From positions 1-32,182 of the IMG/VR virus record IMGVR_UViG_3300014818_000019: a DNA stretch of 32,182 bases. The stretch is one strand, 5' to 3'. The DNA is from a virus. Lineage: Duplodnaviria; Caudoviricetes. The position numbers were made by a program, and so were the translations under genes. Positions 25,757 to 32,182 of the stretch are shown piece after piece (the first letter of the stretch is position 1; every line of letters starts with the position of its first letter). The notes beneath the pieces were generated by a model. The model worked only from the letters and a program-made list of their open reading frames with translations. It made no database searches and was not told the DNA's origin.

Positions 25757-27761
25757 TGCACCATTTAGAATAGAAGAAAAGCAAGCAGCGCCACCAGAGC
25801 ATCAATTAATAGATGCCATTGCAAGTTTAGGATTAACACCGCCAAGCCAAGTATTTTTGGATGGGCAGTTGCACCGATTTGACGGCAAGAAGAAAGGCAA
25901 AAAGTCAGGTTGGTATGTAGCCTTCGCTGATGGCGTGCCCGCAGGCCGTTTTGGCGACTGGTCTATGGATTGCGAAGCCACCTTTTTAGCCGACATAGGC
26001 CGCGAAATAACAGCCGTTGAAATGATGGCTAATACTAAGCGACTAGCCGAGGCCAAGAAAAAGCGTGACGAAGAAAAAACCAAAAAGTACGAGGCTGCCA
26101 GCATTACAGTAGAAGCCATTTGGTCTAATTGTAGTGCAGCCGATGACGCCCACCCATACTTGCAAAGAAAAGGCATTACCTCAAACGGCGCAAGGGTAAC
26201 AGGTGACGGTCGCCTAGCAGTGCCTTTATATGGTGCTGATGGTGACATTAGTTCATTGCAGTACATTAACCATGAAGGCGGCAAACAGTATCACGCTGGC
26301 GGAGCAGTAGGCGGTAAATTCTGGCAGCTAGGCACTATGGACGAATCAGGACCATTGTTTATAGCAGAAGGTTTTGCAACAGCTGCTACTATATACCAAG
26401 CCACAAACCGCCCTTGTGTTGTTGGTTATAGCGCAAGCAACCTTGTACCTGTTACCGATGCAATGCGCCAACACCATGGCATAGGCCAAGAAATTATTAT
26501 TGTTGCTGATAATGACGAATCAGGCGTTGGTCAAAAGTATGCTGACCAAGCCAGTGCTAAATTCGGTGCTAAGGTAGTTATTCCGCCAGTATTAGGTGAT
26601 GCAAATGATTATGCGCAATTAAAAGGCGTTGAGGAATTATTAGCCCTTTTGCTACCATCTGAAAGCGACATTTACGACACGCTCAAAGTGGTTAGTGGTG
26701 ACTCACTATCATCAAACTATCAAGCACCAGACGAATTAATTCAAGACATGATTGTGCGCAAAAGCCAATCCATGCTATTTGGCGATAGTAACAGCGGCAA
26801 AACATTCTACGCCCTAGCCATGGCCCACGCCATTTGTGAAGGTGTTGAGTTTATGGGCAAGAAGGTAGAAAAGGGCGCTGTCATCTACCTAGCCACAGAA
26901 TCACCGTCAAGCGTTATTAGCCGTGTACAGGCCATTAAAGACTTGCATGATTGCACCATGAAAAACCTATTTATAGTGCAAATCCCTGTAAACTTCTTCA
27001 CCAGCGATAAGCACGCCACCGAGATCATTGATCTAACCAAACAAATTGAGTTAGATACCAACCAAAAGGTTAATCTCATTATTGGTGATACACTGGCTCG
27101 AATGACAGCAGGCGCTAACGAAAACAGCGGTGAAGATATGGTGCCCATTCTAAACCGCCTAGATGCCGTGGTTAACGAAACTGATTCGGCCTTTCTAACT
27201 ATCCACCATAGTGGTAAAGATGCAAGCCGAGGCGCTCGTGGCAGTTCTACAATACGCGCTCATATCGACACCGAGATAATGGTAGTTGAGGAAAAAGGCG
27301 AACGAACTGCAACCATAACCAAGCAACGTGAATTGCCTAGCAAGGGTGTAGAAATACCGTTTAAACTCGAAATAATCGAGATGGGTATATCCAAGTTTGA
27401 CGAAAATGTTAGCACTTGTGTTGCGGTTTATGATGATGAGGAGCGTGTTAAAAAGGTTAAAAAAGACTCTAAATTAGAAAAAAACAAGAAGCTAATTGAG
27501 CGTGCTTGGTGGTCAGGTGGTGCAGAAGTTCGTGAAGTTAGCGGTGAAAAGAAGCCATATATTAGTCGTTCTGCATTTAAAGAAATGCTAAGTAATGACG
27601 GATTATCTGAGCCAGCAGTTAAGAATTATATGAAACCTTCTTACGATGCTGGGCCAATTTCAATCCTATTAAATGGTGAAATAATAACCAACCATGAGCA
27701 TGGCTATATCATCTTAGACAACGTTTTATCTTCTGCATTCTTACTAAGGAAAGGGGCTTAA
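25740..27761 (+). CDS. Primase-helicase (TOPRIM plus RepA-like AAA_25 helicase)
   Basis: HPYLQRKGI, EGFATA, ADND and DAND TOPRIM motifs; GDSNSGKT, IIGDTL, IHHSGKD and RGSS helicase motifs. Confidence 0.92.
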   Translation: MAKIFDAPFRIEEKQAAPPEHQLIDAIASLGLTPPSQVFLDGQLHRFDGKKKGKKSGWYVAFADGVPAGRFGDWSMDCEATFLADIGREITAVEMMANTKRLAEAKKKRDEEKTKKYEAASITVEAIWSNCSAADDAHPYLQRKGITSNGARVTGDGRLAVPLYGADGDISSLQYINHEGGKQYHAGGAVGGKFWQLGTMDESGPLFIAEGFATAATIYQATNRPCVVGYSASNLVPVTDAMRQHHGIGQEIIIVADNDESGVGQKYADQASAKFGAKVVIPPVLGDANDYAQLKGVEELLALLLPSESDIYDTLKVVSGDSLSSNYQAPDELIQDMIVRKSQSMLFGDSNSGKTFYALAMAHAICEGVEFMGKKVEKGAVIYLATESPSSVISRVQAIKDLHDCTMKNLFIVQIPVNFFTSDKHATEIIDLTKQIELDTNQKVNLIIGDTLARMTAGANENSGEDMVPILNRLDAVVNETDSAFLTIHHSGKDASRGARGSSTIRAHIDTEIMVVEEKGERTATITKQRELPSKGVEIPFKLEIIEMGISKFDENVSTCVAVYDDEERVKKVKKDSKLEKNKKLIERAWWSGGAEVREVSGEKKPYISRSAFKEMLSNDGLSEPAVKNYMKPSYDAGPISILLNGEIITNHEHGYIILDNVLSSAFLLRKGA

Positions 27762-27764
27762 ATT

Positions 27765-27880
27765 GGGTACAAAAAGGTACATGTACCCTTTAATGTACCT
27801 TGTACCTTTTTACGCATTATATGTACAAAAAGGGTACATAAAGGTACAACAACCCTTTAGGGGTTGTACCCTTGTACCCT
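27765..27880. repeat. GTAC-core direct/inverted repeat array, putative replication origin
   Basis: Ten GTAC cores (27767, 27777, 27783, 27795, 27802, 27823, 27834, 27844, 27866, 27874), mostly GGTACA or TGTACC, directly after the primase-helicase stop. Confidence 0.75.
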
Positions 27881-27884
27881 GTAT

Positions 27885-27913
27885 ATGACCAGAATAATTG
27901 AACGTGCTATAAT
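27885..27913 (+). promoter_or_regulatory. Promoter of the modification/packaging/structural unit
   Basis: ATGACC-N17-TATAAT with extended -10 (TGc TATAAT), 25 nt upstream of ATG 27938. Confidence 0.65.
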
Positions 27914-27937
27914 TTAAAAAAAACGGGGAAGTAAAAA

Positions 27938-28711
27938 ATGAATTTAGAAATTGAATATAAACAAACAAGTGAACTTATTCCTTATGTGAATAACTCGCGC
28001 ACTCACTCAGATTCACAGGTCAATCAAGTCGCATCAAGTATGAAGGAATTCGGATTTACTAATCCAATTCTAACCGATGGCGCAAACGGAATAATCGCTG
28101 GTCACGGCCGTTTACTTGCAGCCCTAAAGCTAGACATTAAAGAGGTGCCAACAATCAGCCTTCACGACTTAACAGAGGCTCAGCGTAAAGCCTATGTGAT
28201 AGCAGATAACCAATTGGCGTTGAATAGTGGCTGGGATGAAGAATTGCTAAAAATCGAACTTGAAGGACTAGATGAACTGGACTTCAATATAGACTTAATT
28301 GGCTTTGATGATTTATCGCTTGATGCCTTTATGGAAGAAAAAGACGAACTTGCAGATGAAAACCCATACACAAAAAAAGCAGACGCACCGACTTATGAAC
28401 CAGTTGGCGATAAGCCAGATGTAAAAAATCTTTACAATGATGAAAAGACATTTGATCTCATTGAAAACATTAAGTCTGCAATTCTACCTCAGGCAGAAAA
28501 AGACTTTTTAATGCTCGCCGCTGGCAGGCATACAGTTCTTGATTTTGAAGAAATTGCTAATTATTACGCCCACTCAAGCAAAGAGTGCCAAGAGCTAATG
28601 GAAGAAAGCGCCCTTGTGATTATAGATTTCAAACAGGCACTTGCTAATGGCTATGCAAAAATGTCTGACGATGTGGCAGCTCAGTATTTGAAGGATTATC
28701 CTAATGAGTGA
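27938..28711 (+). CDS. ParB/Srx N-terminal domain protein fused to an uncharacterised helical C-terminal domain
   Basis: LIPY.NNSRTH, FGFTNPI, IIAGHGRL.A and ADNQLA..SGWD motifs. C-terminal AAGRH...IANYYAH...SALVIIDF domain. Confidence 0.88.
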   Translation: MNLEIEYKQTSELIPYVNNSRTHSDSQVNQVASSMKEFGFTNPILTDGANGIIAGHGRLLAALKLDIKEVPTISLHDLTEAQRKAYVIADNQLALNSGWDEELLKIELEGLDELDFNIDLIGFDDLSLDAFMEEKDELADENPYTKKADAPTYEPVGDKPDVKNLYNDEKTFDLIENIKSAILPQAEKDFLMLAAGRHTVLDFEEIANYYAHSSKECQELMEESALVIIDFKQALANGYAKMSDDVAAQYLKDYPNE

Positions 28712-29567
28712 TAAATTTGCAATTTTCATACTGACTCACGGTAGGTCTGATAATGTAATCACTTACAATACATTAAGGCGACAAGGCTACACTGGCGAAA
28801 TAATACTGCTCATCGATGATGAAGATAAAGAGGTAGGGAACTACAAAAAACTCTATGGCAAGCAGGTACACGTATTCAGTAAGCAGGACGCTATTGATAT
28901 GACCGATAGTGGCGACAACTTCCACAAACGGAACTCAGTCGTATATGCTCGAAACTACAATTTTAAGGTCGCAGAGCAATTAGGTATAAAATACTTCCTT
29001 CAATTGGATGATGATTACACTCAATTCCGGTACACGTTTGATAATGACGATAACTACATCACTCAAAACATTTTAATCAAAACTTTAGATGCGGTTATAA
29101 AATGTATGCTGGATTTCTACATCAGTACAGATGTGACAACCATCGCAATGAGTCAAGGCGGCGACTTTATTGGCGGAGAAGATTCTGGTGTTGCACAAAA
29201 ATACAGGAAGGGTGAGTTTTCAAGAAAGGCAATGAACAGCTTTTTCTGCTCTACAGATCGACCATTCAAGTTCATGGGTCGCATTAATGAAGATGTTAAT
29301 GCCTATGTTTCCCTTGGATTAACAGGCGGCTTATTCTTAACTTATCCAAGAATTAGGCTTGAGCAGAAGGAAACGCAAGCAAACTCTGGAGGTCTAACTG
29401 ACATTTATTTAGACCTAGGAACCTATGTAAAGAGCTTTTACTCCGTAATGTATGCCCCATCATGTGTGAAGATAACAGAAATGGGAGTCAACAATCGAAG
29501 ACTGCATCATAAGGTTAAATGGAAAAATGCTGTGCCTATGATAATAAATGAGAGCTTTAAAAAATGA
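28704..29567 (+). CDS. GT-A glycosyltransferase, TAGT/GREB1-like
   Basis: ILTHGR N-terminus, YARN, QLDDDY (DxD), GRINEDVN and Q.NSGG motifs. Confidence 0.75.
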   Translation: MSDKFAIFILTHGRSDNVITYNTLRRQGYTGEIILLIDDEDKEVGNYKKLYGKQVHVFSKQDAIDMTDSGDNFHKRNSVVYARNYNFKVAEQLGIKYFLQLDDDYTQFRYTFDNDDNYITQNILIKTLDAVIKCMLDFYISTDVTTIAMSQGGDFIGGEDSGVAQKYRKGEFSRKAMNSFFCSTDRPFKFMGRINEDVNAYVSLGLTGGLFLTYPRIRLEQKETQANSGGLTDIYLDLGTYVKSFYSVMYAPSCVKITEMGVNNRRLHHKVKWKNAVPMIINESFKK

Positions 29568-29977
29568 AAATAGGAATAACGGCATCATGTTTTGATTTAC
29601 TTCACGCTGGACATATAGCAATGCTCAGAGAGGCTAAATCATACTGCGAGCACTTAATCTGCTGCATACAAACGGACCCAACAATAGATAGGCCAAGCAA
29701 AAATAAGCCAGTTCAGTCAATTGTCGAGCGGCATATTCAGTTAAGTGCGGTAAAATATGTTGATGAAATAATACCTTACACGACTGAAAATGATCTTATT
29801 GATATACTCAATATGCTAAATGTCGATGTAAGAATAATCGGCGAAGATTATGTAGGCGAAAGATTTACAGGTGATGACATGGACATAAAGGTCATTTACA
29901 ACAAAAGGTCTCATAAATTTTCAACCTCAGATTTAAGAAAAAGGGCGGCAAGCATACGCCCTCTGGATGGCAAATAA
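29564..29977 (+). CDS. HxGH cytidylyltransferase (glycerol-3-phosphate cytidylyltransferase TagD-like)
   Basis: FDLLHAGH, ER...L.AVKYVDE, GEDY and R.HKFSTSDLR motifs; 137 aa stand-alone domain. Confidence 0.88.
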   Translation: MKIGITASCFDLLHAGHIAMLREAKSYCEHLICCIQTDPTIDRPSKNKPVQSIVERHIQLSAVKYVDEIIPYTTENDLIDILNMLNVDVRIIGEDYVGERFTGDDMDIKVIYNKRSHKFSTSDLRKRAASIRPLDGK

Positions 29978-30344
29978 CATGACAGAAAAAAAACCACCCC
30001 ATAGACCCAAAGGCACAACCATTCCTATTGATTGGCCAAAGGTCGATGGTATGTGCGCCATTCAATGCACTGGTGAAGAGATTGCAGGCGTTTTAGACAT
30101 TGATTATGATACTTTGCAAAGAGCTTGTAAGCGTGAGAATAATATGCTTTTTGCGGATTATATAGCACAAAAGAAATCAGGCGGTAGAATGTCGCTACGC
30201 AGAAAACAATACTCAATCGCTATGGATGGCAATCCAACCATGCTTGTATGGCTAGGCAAAAACTGGCTAGGGCAAACTGATAGAGTGGAAACATTTAACG
30301 AACATGAGATAACCGCCTTTGAAGTAATTGAACATGAAGGTTAG
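29967..30344 (+). CDS. terS: Terminase small subunit
   Basis: HTH (CTGEEIAGVL) and MLVWLGKNWLGQ motif; directly upstream of TerL. Confidence 0.8.
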   Translation: MANNMTEKKPPHRPKGTTIPIDWPKVDGMCAIQCTGEEIAGVLDIDYDTLQRACKRENNMLFADYIAQKKSGGRMSLRRKQYSIAMDGNPTMLVWLGKNWLGQTDRVETFNEHEITAFEVIEHEG

Positions 30345-31575
30345 AGCCAAAGGCACTAGCCCACAAACCCAACTGGTGAACAGCACAGCCCGTTTCCCTG
30401 CAATGGTGGCAGGCTTTGGCGCAGGCAAAACACAAGCCCTAGTGCTAAGAACGCTAAAGCTAATTTTTGGCGATGGGCAGGACATAGCTTATTATCTGCC
30501 CAACTACCCACTGGTGCGGACCATTGCCTATCCGCGCTTTACTGAAATGCTCGATGGGTTAGGCATAAGCTATAAACTCAACCGCTCAGAGCATACGATT
30601 CAAGTTAACGGCAAAATGATTATCTTCCGAACGATGGATAATCCTGATGCGATTGTTGGTTATGAGGTCGGTGACTCAATGGTTGACGAGCTAGACACCT
30701 TGCCAACCGCTAAAGCCCGTGATGCTTGGAATAAGATAATAGCCCGTAACCGACAGAAGAAACGCAGTGGTATTAATACGGTGGCCGTGGGTACAACCCC
30801 AGAAGGGTTTAGGTTTGTTTATGAGAAATGGCAAAAGAACAAAACCGAATCGTATGAGCTAATCAAAGCGCCTACCTACAGTAACCCGCACCTGCCCGAT
30901 GGCTATGTTGAGGCATTGCGCGAGACCTACCCTAGCAACCTGTTGGAAGCCTACTTAGAAGGCGAGTTTGTAAACCTGACTGCGGGTAGTGTTTATACCA
31001 ATTACGACAGAAAGTTGAGCGGATGCGACATTGAGGCAAGGCCAAGCGAAACGCTGCATATCGGCATGGACTTCAACGTCAATAACATGGCGGCAGCTGT
31101 TCACATTATGCGCAATGGCAAAGCCTATGCCGTTGATGAAATTGTAGGTGGTGCTGATACGCCAGCCGTCATTAACACAATCAAAGAGCAATACCCGCTT
31201 AACCCAGTGATTGTCTACCCTGATGCCAGTGGTGGCGCTGCCAGCTCAACCAACGCAGCTAATAGCGATATTAAGATGCTCAAGAATGCAGGCTTTACGG
31301 TTAACGCACCAAGGCGCAACGGGCGCATCCGTGATCGTGTGGCCGCATTTAATCGTGCACTATGCGACCCCACTGGAAATCGTATATACTATGTCAATAG
31401 TGATAAGTGCCCAAATATTGCTTTAGGTTTAGAGCAACAGGCATACGATAAAAACGGGGAGCCTGATAAAACAGGCGGTTTTGACCATATGAATGATGCG
31501 ACAGGTTACTTTGTTGTACGCACATTCCCAATTAAATTTGATCGAGTTATAACACAGCCCCAAAGGTGGACTTAA
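30334..31575 (+). CDS. terL: Terminase large subunit
   Basis: AGFGAGKT Walker A, MVDE Walker B, TTPEG, GMDFN and DHMNDATGY nuclease motifs. Start revised to ATG 30334. Confidence 0.95.
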   Translation: MKVRAKGTSPQTQLVNSTARFPAMVAGFGAGKTQALVLRTLKLIFGDGQDIAYYLPNYPLVRTIAYPRFTEMLDGLGISYKLNRSEHTIQVNGKMIIFRTMDNPDAIVGYEVGDSMVDELDTLPTAKARDAWNKIIARNRQKKRSGINTVAVGTTPEGFRFVYEKWQKNKTESYELIKAPTYSNPHLPDGYVEALRETYPSNLLEAYLEGEFVNLTAGSVYTNYDRKLSGCDIEARPSETLHIGMDFNVNNMAAAVHIMRNGKAYAVDEIVGGADTPAVINTIKEQYPLNPVIVYPDASGGAASSTNAANSDIKMLKNAGFTVNAPRRNGRIRDRVAAFNRALCDPTGNRIYYVNSDKCPNIALGLEQQAYDKNGEPDKTGGFDHMNDATGYFVVRTFPIKFDRVITQPQRWT

Positions 31576-32182
31576 TGAAGCACGAAGATCTGGTTGCAAC
31601 ACACGCATCCTACAAAGCCAACCAAGCCGATTGGGGCTTCCACTTAAACTCGTATCTTGGCGGCACCGACTACCAAGCTGGCGAATACCTGCTAAAGTAT
31701 ATTCAAGAAGATGGGAAAGAATACGCAAAGCGTCTAAGCATGACCCCGATGGATAACCATTGCAAAAACGTGGTTAGCATTTACAGCTCGTTTGTTTGGC
31801 GCATTGCACCAACCCGAAACCTTGGCGCATTAAACGAAGACCAAGCAGCCAACGCGATGCTGCAAGATGCCGACCTAGACGGTCGCAGCTTTAACGCATT
31901 TATGCGTGACGCTCAAACATGGTCTGACGTTTACGGTCATTGCTGGATTATGATGGATAAGCCAGAAAGCAATGCCAAAACACGGGCCGAGGAATTAGCG
32001 CAAGAAGTGCGTCCCTACCTAAACCTAATCACGCCTGAAAACGTATTGGACTGGGCATATGAGAGAGCGCCTAGTGGTCGTTACGTATTAACCTACATGA
32101 AGGTGCGCGAATCGCAGCATGGTGATACGTTGGTTATCCGTGAATGGACACCTATGGAAATCGTGACCTACCGCACCGATGG
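31575..32182 (+). CDS. Portal protein, N-terminal part (continues at window start), not in ORF track
   Basis: TAATG coupling to TerL; open frame MKHEDLVATH...DADLDGRS...YGHCWIMMDKP...RPY to the window end, in frame with 15..863. Confidence 0.9.
   Translation, partial: MKHEDLVATHASYKANQADWGFHLNSYLGGTDYQAGEYLLKYIQEDGKEYAKRLSMTPMDNHCKNVVSIYSSFVWRIAPTRNLGALNEDQAANAMLQDADLDGRSFNAFMRDAQTWSDVYGHCWIMMDKPESNAKTRAEELAQEVRPYLNLITPENVLDWAYERAPSGRYVLTYMKVRESQHGDTLVIREWTPMEIVTYRTD
32083..32182. repeat. Terminal overlap, right copy
   Basis: Matches 1-100 at 99 of 100 positions. Confidence 0.97.

Noticed and set aside
21215-27148. Opposite-strand or alternate-frame ORFs within the helicase, nuclease, SSB and primase genes
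   Set aside because: Fully nested in motif-bearing genes with no independent support.
27765-27880. Mini CRISPR array linked to the Cas4-like gene
   Set aside because: Repeat units are only 4-8 nt, in both orientations, with no spacers.
1-32182. Stop-codon reassignment
   Set aside because: Genes tile densely under the standard code, and TAA, TAG and TGA all end genes at overlaps with the next start.

Overview
The window is a complete, circularly assembled genome (about 32,082 bp) of a small tailed phage with siphovirus-type tail genes. Bases 1-100 repeat bases 32083-32182 with one mismatch, and the portal gene runs across the junction. On the circle, one long + strand unit begins at 27938. 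It runs ParB-domain protein, TAGT/GREB1-like glycosyltransferase, cytidylyltransferase, TerS, TerL, portal, head, neck, tail (with a -1 frameshift chaperone), tail tip and fibres, a flavin-dependent halogenase, and lysis genes, ending at 17864. A - strand arm (25452 to 17857) holds a Sak4-like ATPase, SSB, a Cas4-like nuclease, an SF2 helicase, a VRR-NUC nuclease and many small early ORFs. Divergent from it are a Cro-like HTH, a primase-helicase and a GTAC-repeat putative origin. I saw no integrase, DNA polymerase, tRNA or CRISPR array. Three things stand out. (1) A packaging-linked ParB/glycosyltransferase/cytidylyltransferase cassette with no TET, methylase or hydroxymethylase. (2) A three-stem structured RNA at 5163-5215 whose loop is complementary to an AACGGGG motif sitting at the ribosome-binding position of four genes. 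(3) An intact tryptophan-halogenase-family gene inside the tail-fibre region. All family assignments come from motif recognition by eye; no database search was run.
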